From a bacterium (GTDB taxonomy: Bacteria > Fidelibacterota > Fidelibacteria > Fidelibacterales > Fidelibacteraceae): 64,000 bases of DNA. Shown piece by piece: positions 19,493 to 27,983 of this stretch (its first letter is position 1; each line of letters opens with the position of its first letter). The notes under the pieces were generated by a model, which was not told the origin of the DNA, made no database searches, and saw only the letters and a list, made by a program, of their open reading frames with translations. The stretch lies in assembly GCA_963676395.1 (NCBI GenBank), contig OY781066.1, positions 1,600,001 through 1,664,000 on the forward strand. Reading direction: 5' to 3'. The translations under genes and the position numbers were made by a program.

Positions 19493-20182
19493 TTACTTTT
19501 TAATAAAATATTTTGGTTTAAATGCTCGACTGTAATGCGTAACATTTTTATCTATTTTGCCACCAAAGTCTTTGAAATACTCATTGTTGTAATTAACACC
19601 ATGGGTGCTGGTTTGCGTTGACCAATATTTCATCCCGGTTGTATCTGAATCGTCATTGGTTAACCATTCAATAAATATTACGGAATGACCGGATCCATTG
19701 GTTCTCCAAATTTGAACAAAATCTCCGGGTAACACATCTTTCATCTTATCAATGCTTTTACCAAGGCCATAGGCTTTTAAAGCAAGTCCGGGTCCATCAC
19801 CATTGGCTTCTAAAACAAACCATTTTCGGATAAATTTATCAAAATCTTTTGCTTTGATGCCATTTAGGTTTTCGCTTTCGTTTAGAGTACTCATAATACT
19901 TTTAAAATATACTTCAAGAGTGATTCCACAGCAAAAAGTACTGTGTGAACTATCGCTTTTTGCATTGGCGATCGTACAGCTTTGATAGTTTAAATCCTGG
20001 CTTACACCATCGTAGTCGTTTGTCCATGAGTATGGATATCGACCGTCACGCTCATAAGTTTCTAATGTCTGTAAGATTGTTTCATTTAAATAAATATTTT
20101 CTTGAATGATTTCTTTTTTGCAAGCAAGAAGGGTTAAAGCTGCCGTCAAAACAATGAGTGATGTAATAGTGAGCTTTTTCAT
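19493..20182 (-). CDS. Lipoprotein, stand-alone paralog of the Cys/His domain of the downstream gene
   Basis: Lipobox LLAC; YERDGRYPYSW, TFCCG, GDFVQIWRTNGSGHSVIF, MKYWSTQTSTHG. Confidence 0.85.
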   Translation of the reverse strand: MKKLTITSLIVLTAALTLLACKKEIIQENIYLNETILQTLETYERDGRYPYSWTNDYDGVSQDLNYQSCTIANAKSDSSHSTFCCGITLEVYFKSIMSTLNESENLNGIKAKDFDKFIRKWFVLEANGDGPGLALKAYGLGKSIDKMKDVLPGDFVQIWRTNGSGHSVIFIEWLTNDDSDTTGMKYWSTQTSTHGVNYNNEYFKDFGGKIDKNVTHYSRAFKPKYFIKK

Positions 20183-20345
20183 GTATGCCTCTAATTAATA
20201 TAAGTGCTCCCTGAAGGGATTGCAGTTATATTAATATGAAAAAGGGGAAAATGGTAGGAGAATATGAATGATTTTTTTGCTTTTTTGAAAATTCTGTCGC
20301 CTTCATCAAAGGCAACTTAGGATTCGGCTGTATATTTTTAAAATA

Positions 20346-21218
20346 TTATTCTTCGACGTTTTCTTCTTCTTCCATACTCTGTAATTTTCTGCGATGTCTC
20401 ATTCTTGCCATAATAAAGCCAAGAATTACAATGAATGGAGCCAATATCCAGATGATATTGCTTTGGTCAAGGAAGATGTAGATACGGTATGACTTTTTGT
20501 TTTTTTCTTTCCAGTGATGTTCAAATTGATCTTGAGACATCAGGAATGACGATTGAAATGCTGTTTCGAAGTTTTGGGTTTCTGCAGATATCTGAAGGCA
20601 TTTTCCGATAAGCCCTTCGCCGAAATAATTTACGATGTATGAATACATAGCGGCTGATTGAGCGTAGGCGATCTTTGCTTTGTCACGATTCATCGCTTGT
20701 AAATATTCTATCTGGTAGAGGGGAATGATGTGTTGGCCAAGAAAGGCTCGACCGACAAGTATTCGCTGATGTAGATCATGTTGGCCGGCATGATATTGCG
20801 CAAATCCTTCATTGAACCAAACGGGTAAAGGCATGTTACTAACGGATAAATGTGTTGTTTCATGTAGTAGCGTTTTTTTGTATTCAGCAAAGCTTTGTCG
20901 ACTGAAAGAAGGGCTTTTTACCAACAGTTTATCATCTGAGGCAAGTCCTACCGACCATATTGCGGAATTGGAACCGGAAAATACCCTATAGGTGTCTTCA
21001 TTATCGGCGATATAAATACGTAATGGATTTATGGGTAATCCGTATTTTTTACTTAGCATTTGTTGCTGAGTTATTACAATATCTAAGCTGACTTCGGCAA
21101 TACGCTGATCTTTTTCGGTATAGTATACATAAACATGATCTTTTTTTAATATTCTATCCGGCGTTGCAAAGAGCTGGGCGAGGGAAAGGAAAAGAATTAT
21201 AAGGAATTTGAGCTTCAT
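20346..21218 (-). CDS. Peptidase MA-like (gluzincin) metallopeptidase-domain membrane protein
   Basis: HETTH..PVWFNEGFAQY; signal peptide and C-terminal TM helix; start probably ATG 21218. Confidence 0.8.
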   Translation of the reverse strand: MKLKFLIILFLSLAQLFATPDRILKKDHVYVYYTEKDQRIAEVSLDIVITQQQMLSKKYGLPINPLRIYIADNEDTYRVFSGSNSAIWSVGLASDDKLLVKSPSFSRQSFAEYKKTLLHETTHLSVSNMPLPVWFNEGFAQYHAGQHDLHQRILVGRAFLGQHIIPLYQIEYLQAMNRDKAKIAYAQSAAMYSYIVNYFGEGLIGKCLQISAETQNFETAFQSSFLMSQDQFEHHWKEKNKKSYRIYIFLDQSNIIWILAPFIVILGFIMARMRHRRKLQSMEEEENVEE

Positions 21219-21272
21219 AAAACTGAAATCGTATGTAGGAAACACTCGTTAACGTTCCTTACAAAGGTATAA

Positions 21273-21920
21273 TTATGAATAAATTTGTGCCCCGGGACAT
21301 AAGTCATTCAATGCACATTCTTTGCATTTTGGTCTTCTTGCAATGCAAATACTACGACCATGTTTGATCAACTGGTGATTCCATGCGATCCAGGCGTCTT
21401 CGGGCAGGATCTTCATGAGATCGAATTCGACTTTTGTGGCATCTTTTTCTTTGGTAAGACCCAAGTGGCGGGAGATCCTTCCGACGTGTGTATCAACAAC
21501 AATGGCGGGTACATGATAAATATGGTTTAAGATCACATTGGCGGTTTTACGTCCAACTCCTGCAAGAGCTGTGAGATTTTCCAGGTTATCAGGCACTTTG
21601 CCGTCATATCGCTCAACGATCTCTTTACAACAAAGCAGGATATTTTTTGATTTGTTGTTAAAAAAACCGGTTGAACGTATATACTCAATGAGTTCATCTC
21701 GATCGGCGTTTGCCATATCTTTAACGGTAGGGTATCGTTCGAATAGAGCCGGAGTAACCATGTTTACGCGCTTATCGGTGCACTGTGCGGAGAGCATGGT
21801 AGCAACGAGCAGTTCATAAGCATTCTTATGGTTCAGCTCGCAGGTGACATCAGGGTAGAGTTCCCCGAGTTTGTCAATGAGTTGAAGAGCGCGTTCGCGC
21901 CGTTTTGTAAGAGATTCCAT
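21273..21920 (-). CDS. nth: Endonuclease III
   Basis: LSAQCTDKRVN, GVGRKTANV, VDTHV, CIARRPKCKECALNDLC. Confidence 0.96.
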   Translation of the reverse strand: MESLTKRRERALQLIDKLGELYPDVTCELNHKNAYELLVATMLSAQCTDKRVNMVTPALFERYPTVKDMANADRDELIEYIRSTGFFNNKSKNILLCCKEIVERYDGKVPDNLENLTALAGVGRKTANVILNHIYHVPAIVVDTHVGRISRHLGLTKEKDATKVEFDLMKILPEDAWIAWNHQLIKHGRSICIARRPKCKECALNDLCPGAQIYS

Positions 21921-21980
21921 GCTTTAACTTAAGCACTTAACTCAAGAAAAGCATGGAATATTTCTCTTGCGGGATATCAA

Positions 21981-22172
21981 TTACTTCAATGAGTATTTGA
22001 TACAATTTCCAACTTTAGCTGAAGAAAGTTTATCTTCACGAAGCAACCAGCCTAACGCCATGTAAACGTCGTTGCTTTTAGCGCCTGTTGATTTAGCCAA
22101 TGCGCTTGCTGCTGTTGCACCGTCTTTTTCTAAAGCTTCCCAGATTTTTCCTGCTAATACACCAATTTCCAT
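21981..22172 (-). CDS. DUF2582-like small winged-helix protein
   Basis: IGVLAGKIWEAL...MALGWLLREDK. Confidence 0.8.
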   Translation of the reverse strand: MEIGVLAGKIWEALEKDGATAASALAKSTGAKSNDVYMALGWLLREDKLSSAKVGNCIKYSLK

Positions 22173-22391
22173 TGTTCGCTCCTAAAATTTGTGTTTCATG
22201 GTTAGTTCTGGAATGAATATACACTAAAAAAAACAAAAGGCAAAAGTTTTATAATGAGTGGGTGGTAGATAGTTAGCGGCAGGTTATAAGTATGTTTTAA
22301 GATACGAAATATTATCAAATAGATTGGAGAAAATGTAGCGAAGAGACCCCATGACGGTTTGATGATCGATAATTATTTTACATGGAAATAC

Positions 22392-22443
22392 AAAAGGACT
22401 GAGCTACTGAATTGAATTCAGAATGACATCAGTCCTTTTTTAT
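22392..22443 (-). terminator. Terminator at the end of the acyl-CoA synthetase array
   Basis: AAAAGGACTGA...TCAGTCCTTTTTT hairpin. Confidence 0.7.
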
Positions 22444-22462
22444 TATATTTATCGATTATTGA

Positions 22463-24286
22463 TTAAGCTTGATCATCTACTCCGTAAAGTGCCTCAATCT
22501 GCTTTGCATAAGCTTCTTCCACTTTACGACGACGAACTTTTAAGCTCGGAGTAAGTTGTTCGTTCTCGATAGTGAAAGGATCGCCGATGAGAAGGATTTT
22601 TTTAGATTTCTCATAGCGTGCCAAAGGTTCCTGAAATGCTTCCAATTCTGATTCAAAGAGTGCATAGACTTCAGGGTTACCAAGCAATGTATAATAGTTT
22701 GAATAAACGATCGAACGTTCCTGGGCCCAGGTTTCGAGATCTTCACGAGCCGGTACGATGAGAGCGATAGGATATTTACGGCGATCACCGACGATCACAA
22801 CTTGTTCGATGTATTTTGATTCAAGCATGACATTTTCGATTGGAGCCGGAGCAATGTTTTTACCGCCTGCCGTGACAATAATGTTTTTCTTGCGATCGGT
22901 GATCTTTAAGTAACCGTCTTCGTCAATTAAACCGATATCACCGGTATGGAACCAACCGTTTTCTTCGATAGCTTCTTTTGTTTCGATAGGATTTTTATAA
23001 TAGCCCTGCATGACACAAAGTCCACGAATAAGGATCTCTCCGTCATCGGCAATCATACACTCAACATCCGGGATCGGTTGTCCCACAAAACCGAATTTAA
23101 TACACCCGGGAGGGGTCAAGTGCGTTACCGGTGAGGTTTCGGTCAGACCAAAACCTTCGAGGATATTAACACCCGCAGCGGAAAAGAAAAGTCCAATATG
23201 ATCTGCTAGTGGTGCCCCACCCGAAACGGCATAGACAAATTCACCACCCAAGGCATTTTTGATCTTGTTTAAGACTAAAGCCTTTGCAATGGGGTATGAA
23301 ATGGCATATTTACCACGAGGTCTTTTTTCGAAGACCAGATATTTTTTGGCGGTTTCCAAACCGATCTTTTTTGCCCAGTTAAAGATATTTTTCTTGAGGT
23401 TTGAGCCTTCGGCTATGCCGGCATGTATCTTTGCGTAAACTTTTTCGAAAATTCTGGGGACCGAGAACATATAATGAGGTTTAACCTCTTTCAGATTATC
23501 GGCGATTTTATCGAGACTTTCGGCATAGTAAGTACCGGCTCCACAAAAATAGGAACCGTGTGATACAATGCGTTCAAATGAGTGACTTAAAGGCAAGAAT
23601 GACAAGAAACGAACATCCGGTTTGATTTTGATCACAGACATGGCTGATTGAGCATTCGTACAGATGTTGAAATGTGAAAGCATCACACCTTTGGGATTAC
23701 CTGTGGTTCCCGATGTGTAAATAAGTGTCCAAAGATCATCTTTTTTTGCTCTTTTTGCAAATGTTTCCAGTGTTTGTTTGCCTTTTGAAAGTAGTTCTTC
23801 ACCCTTCTTGAGAAGTTCATCGTATGTCAAAGTCCAATCATCTTCCAGAGCTTCACCATCTTTGATACGTACGGCAAACTTTAAATTTGGCAGATCTTTT
23901 TTTATTTCTTTGATCTTTGCCAATTGAACATCATCAGAAACGATCACGCCGGAGGTCTCGGAATTTTCCAATATATAATGGATCTGATTTGCCGGTAGAG
24001 TAGGGTAGATGGCAACGGAAGCAACACCCATATGGGCTGTAGCCAGATCTGTCATTGTCCATTCTTTGCAGTTTTCTGATAATATTGCAAATTTATCACC
24101 ATGCTTAAAGCCCAAAGCATGAAGCCCAAAGGTGATCTTTTCAACAATATCACGACTTTCTTTAAACGTCCATGATTTCCATTTTCCGTCTTTTTTCTCT
24201 GAGAAACGAACGAGATCTCCATATTTTTCTACGGAGTAGGCGAACATCGCCGGTATGGTCTTGATGTAATCTAATTTGTATTTCAT
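22463..24286 (-). CDS. Long-chain fatty acid-CoA ligase (FAA1/FadD15-like), paralog 5
   Basis: YTSGTTGNPKG, FLPLSHSFER, EGFGLTE, GWFHTGDIG, ITDRKKN, LTPSLKVRR; ATG start. Confidence 0.93.
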   Translation of the reverse strand: MKYKLDYIKTIPAMFAYSVEKYGDLVRFSEKKDGKWKSWTFKESRDIVEKITFGLHALGFKHGDKFAILSENCKEWTMTDLATAHMGVASVAIYPTLPANQIHYILENSETSGVIVSDDVQLAKIKEIKKDLPNLKFAVRIKDGEALEDDWTLTYDELLKKGEELLSKGKQTLETFAKRAKKDDLWTLIYTSGTTGNPKGVMLSHFNICTNAQSAMSVIKIKPDVRFLSFLPLSHSFERIVSHGSYFCGAGTYYAESLDKIADNLKEVKPHYMFSVPRIFEKVYAKIHAGIAEGSNLKKNIFNWAKKIGLETAKKYLVFEKRPRGKYAISYPIAKALVLNKIKNALGGEFVYAVSGGAPLADHIGLFFSAAGVNILEGFGLTETSPVTHLTPPGCIKFGFVGQPIPDVECMIADDGEILIRGLCVMQGYYKNPIETKEAIEENGWFHTGDIGLIDEDGYLKITDRKKNIIVTAGGKNIAPAPIENVMLESKYIEQVVIVGDRRKYPIALIVPAREDLETWAQERSIVYSNYYTLLGNPEVYALFESELEAFQEPLARYEKSKKILLIGDPFTIENEQLTPSLKVRRRKVEEAYAKQIEALYGVDDQA

Positions 24287-24302
24287 AATTCCTTCCTTTT
24301 GC

Positions 24303-26117
24303 CTAGTTCTTGTAAAGCTCTTCTACTTCGAGGTCATATTTATTGATAACTTCGTTTCGTTTGATCTTCATGCTTGCTGTCAATTCTCCCGTTTCAATCG
24401 TGAAGGGTTGCGGCGCGATGAAAAAATACTTTATTTGTTCATATCTTGCAAGCTCATCTTGATGCTTGTCGAGTTCTTCCCGGATGAGTTTATCTACATC
24501 TTTTGACATTGCCATTTCCTGATAATTATCAAAACTAATGGGAGGAACTTGTTTTTCACCCCATTTTTGAATAATGTCGTATGCAGGCACAACAATGGCC
24601 ACAAGATACCGTCGTCTGTCTCCAATCACCACAGCTTGATCAATATATTTCGAAGTGCAAATTTCTTTTTCTACACCGGTAGGAGCGATATTTTTGCCTC
24701 CTGCGGTCACGATAAGATTTTTTTTGCGATCAGTGATCTTTAGAAAGCCTTCTTCATCGATAAAGCCGATATCACCTGTATGGAACCAACCATCTTTATC
24801 AATGGCTTCTGCAGTTTCTGTTGGACTTTTATAATATCCTTGGAATACATTGGGACCTTTGATTAGGATCTCGCCGTCATCCGCTATGTGAGCCTTAATA
24901 TCGGGAATGGCTTTTCCCACACAACCGAATTTTAAATGATCCTGATGATTTGCATGGGTACATGGACTGGTTTCCGTGAGCCCATAGCCTTCTTGCACAG
25001 AAATACCTGCCATGAGGAAGAATTCACCAATCTCAGGAGACAAAGGAGCTCCACCGCTGATACATCGAATGAAATCACCACCAAAAATTGCCGAGACCTT
25101 GTTAAAAACAAATCGTTTTGCCCAAGCATATTTTACAGCCAATGGACCTATCGGCTTTTTGTTGTAGATCAGGTATTTTGTAGCGACTCTGTGACCGATG
25201 CGTTGTGCCCAATTGAAGATCTCTTGCTTTGTTGTCGGCCCGGAAAGCACTTGTTCGATCACGGTAGCGTAGATCTTTTCAAGTAAGCGTGGTACAGTGG
25301 TCATGTGATGAGGTTTTACTTCTTTTAAATTTTCCGGGACTTTTGCAATGCTTTCGGCAAAATAGATCTCGGCACCAATCCACAATGTGAACAGGCAAGT
25401 TACCCTTTCGAAAGAGTGGCTTAGAGGTAAAAATGACAGCCATCGTCTGTTTGCAGGGAAATTAACATGTGCCTGGATCTGTTGGATATTGGCACAGACA
25501 TTAAATTGTGTTAGCAAAACACCTTTGGGGTCACCCGAAGTTCCTGAGGTATAAATAATACTCCAAAGATCATCATGTTTGACCTTTTGGGCATAGTCCA
25601 GTATACTTAGCTTAGATTCTTTTTGAGCTTTTAAACCGGCAGCGCAAAGGTCCTTATAGGTAATCACCCAATCTTCATCATGTTCTACATCGTCTAATAA
25701 GATGGCATATTCCATGTGCTTGAGTTTCGCTTTTAACTGGATAATTTTGTTAAGCTGTTCGCGGTTGCTAACAACAACAACCTTACATTCTGAATGATTT
25801 AGAATGTAGTTGATCTGTTTTGGAATGGATGTCTGGTACACGGGTACCGAGATGAAGTTAAAGTAGGTACAAGCCCAATCGAACAGACACCATTCCGGTC
25901 TGTTTTCAGACAAGATCCCAACCTTGTCTTTTTCTTTAACCCCAAGTGAAAGTAGGCCGAATCCAAGAATGGAAAACATGTCATAAGCATCCCCATAGCT
26001 TATGCTTTTCCATTCCCCCTTGGATTTGTAATTGTACAGCTTCCTCTCAGGCCCTTGGGCCAACGCTTCCTGAAATATCTCGGGCAGCGTTTTTGTGTAA
26101 TCAAGTGAGTATCTGAT
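24303..26117 (-). CDS. Long-chain fatty acid-CoA ligase paralog 4 (probable ATC start, 604 aa)
   Basis: All AMP-binding motifs present; AGGAGG-AGATT-ATC AGA TAC = (I/M)RYSLDYTKTLP, aligning with MKYKLDYIKTIP. Confidence 0.9.
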   Translation of the reverse strand: MRYSLDYTKTLPEIFQEALAQGPERKLYNYKSKGEWKSISYGDAYDMFSILGFGLLSLGVKEKDKVGILSENRPEWCLFDWACTYFNFISVPVYQTSIPKQINYILNHSECKVVVVSNREQLNKIIQLKAKLKHMEYAILLDDVEHDEDWVITYKDLCAAGLKAQKESKLSILDYAQKVKHDDLWSIIYTSGTSGDPKGVLLTQFNVCANIQQIQAHVNFPANRRWLSFLPLSHSFERVTCLFTLWIGAEIYFAESIAKVPENLKEVKPHHMTTVPRLLEKIYATVIEQVLSGPTTKQEIFNWAQRIGHRVATKYLIYNKKPIGPLAVKYAWAKRFVFNKVSAIFGGDFIRCISGGAPLSPEIGEFFLMAGISVQEGYGLTETSPCTHANHQDHLKFGCVGKAIPDIKAHIADDGEILIKGPNVFQGYYKSPTETAEAIDKDGWFHTGDIGFIDEEGFLKITDRKKNLIVTAGGKNIAPTGVEKEICTSKYIDQAVVIGDRRRYLVAIVVPAYDIIQKWGEKQVPPISFDNYQEMAMSKDVDKLIREELDKHQDELARYEQIKYFFIAPQPFTIETGELTASMKIKRNEVINKYDLEVEELYKN

Positions 26118-26144
26118 AATCTCCTCCTGTGTGTGTTTGGGTTA

Positions 26145-27959
26145 TCAGTTTTTGTACAAATTTTCTATTTCTTGACTATATATTTTTATGATCTCGTTTC
26201 GTTTTACTTTCATGCTGGCGGTTAATTCACCGGTTTCAATTGCAAAGGGTTGAGGAGCAATATAGAAGTATTTTATCTGCTCATAACGAGCCAGATCTTT
26301 TTGATTTTCATCAAGCTCCATCTGGATCATCGCTTTTACGGCTTCTGATTTAACAATGTCATCATAGCTATCGATCTTTACAATTGGCGTTTGTTTATTT
26401 GCCCATTTCTGTACGATTTCTAAGGCAGGAACAATAATGGCGACCAGATACTGGCGTCTATCACCAACGACAACGGCTTGTTCAATAAATTTTGATGCGC
26501 AAATTTCTCTCTCAACACCGGCCGGAGCGATATTTTTACCGCCGGCTGTGACGATGAGATTTTTTTTGCGATCTGTAATTTTCAAGGCACCGTCTTCATC
26601 GATAAAACCAATATCTCCTGTGTGGAACCACCCGTCTTTATCAATGGCTTCTTCTGTTTCTTCAGGTGATTTATAATAGCCCAACATTAGGTTTGGACCC
26701 TTCATGAGGATCTCACCATCTTCGGCGATCTTGGTTAATAGATCCGGTACAGCTTTGCCTACAGTTCCAAATTTTAGGTGATCCATTAAGTTTGAATGGG
26801 TTACCGGACTCATTTCCGTGAGGCCATAGCCTTCTTGCACAGAAATACCTGCCATGAGAAAAAATTCACCGATCTCGGGAGCCAAAGGGGCACCACCGGA
26901 GATACAACGATTGAATTCACCACCAAATACGGCTGCAATCTTGTTAAAGACCAGGCGTTTTGCCAGGCCGTATTTAAATGAGATAGGTCCAATGGGTTTT
27001 CTACCGTAGATAAGATATTTTTGAGAAACTCTATGACCAACACGTTGTGCCCAGTTGAAAACACCCTGTTTGAGCTTGGAATCTGCTAAGATCTGCTCAA
27101 TAATTCTGGCATAGATCTTTTCTAGCAGACGAGGAACGGTGGTCATAAAATTGGGTTTGACTTCCTTAAGGTTGTCCGCTACCTTTTCAATGCTTTCGGC
27201 AAAATAGATCTCGGCTCCCACCCAAAAGCTGAAAAAGGAAGTTGTTCTTTCAAAAGAATGGCTTAAAGGCAAGAAAGACAACCAGCGCTTATTCGCTTTG
27301 AATTTAGTGTGTGCCTGAGTTTGTTGAACATTGGCGGCCATATTGAATTGCGTGGTCATTACACCTTTAGGATCGCCCGAGGTGCCTGAGGTATACACAA
27401 TGCTCCAAAGATCATCGGGATGAACCTCGGCAGCGATTTCCTGCATGCTTGTTTTAGATTCTTCTTTGGCTGCTTTTCCCCGTTTTTTCAGGTCTTTGTA
27501 GGGTATGATCCATTTTTCTTTAGATTTTAGCGAGTCAAGCGTAATGGCATATTCCAAGAATTTTAACTCAGGCTTAAGGTCAATGATCTTTTGCAGCTGT
27601 TCTTGATTGCTGACGACCACGACTTTTGCTTCGGAGTGATTTAGAATGTATTTTACTTGCTTAGGTATAGATGTTTGATAAATAGGAACCGATACAAAAT
27701 TAAAGTGGATGCATGTCCAGTCAAAAAAGCACCATTCCGGGCGATTTTCTGATAGGATGGCAACTTTATCTTGTTTTTTAACACCTAATGAAAATAGACC
27801 AAATCCCAGGTCAGGAAGCTGGTCGTATGTTTCCTGATAAGTAAAGTTTTTCCATTCACCTTCGGATTTATAATTATAAAGTTTTCGGTTTGGACCTTTG
27901 CTCAATGCATCTGCATATAAAGCAGGCATTGTTTTAATGTAATCTAGTGCGTATCTGAT
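26145..27959 (-). CDS. Long-chain fatty acid-CoA ligase paralog 3 (probable ATC start, 604 aa)
   Basis: AGGAG-AAACTT-ATC AGA TAC = (I/M)RYALDYIKTMP; motifs intact. Confidence 0.9.
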   Translation of the reverse strand: MRYALDYIKTMPALYADALSKGPNRKLYNYKSEGEWKNFTYQETYDQLPDLGFGLFSLGVKKQDKVAILSENRPEWCFFDWTCIHFNFVSVPIYQTSIPKQVKYILNHSEAKVVVVSNQEQLQKIIDLKPELKFLEYAITLDSLKSKEKWIIPYKDLKKRGKAAKEESKTSMQEIAAEVHPDDLWSIVYTSGTSGDPKGVMTTQFNMAANVQQTQAHTKFKANKRWLSFLPLSHSFERTTSFFSFWVGAEIYFAESIEKVADNLKEVKPNFMTTVPRLLEKIYARIIEQILADSKLKQGVFNWAQRVGHRVSQKYLIYGRKPIGPISFKYGLAKRLVFNKIAAVFGGEFNRCISGGAPLAPEIGEFFLMAGISVQEGYGLTEMSPVTHSNLMDHLKFGTVGKAVPDLLTKIAEDGEILMKGPNLMLGYYKSPEETEEAIDKDGWFHTGDIGFIDEDGALKITDRKKNLIVTAGGKNIAPAGVEREICASKFIEQAVVVGDRRQYLVAIIVPALEIVQKWANKQTPIVKIDSYDDIVKSEAVKAMIQMELDENQKDLARYEQIKYFYIAPQPFAIETGELTASMKVKRNEIIKIYSQEIENLYKN

Positions 27960-27983
27960 AAGTTTCTCCTGTGTATTGAATTA

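Noticed and set aside
19127..19545. Frameshifted pseudogene made of track ORFs 19336..19545 and 19127..19318
   Set aside because: A third frame is continuously open from ATC 19433 into the 17631 gene, so no frameshift is needed.
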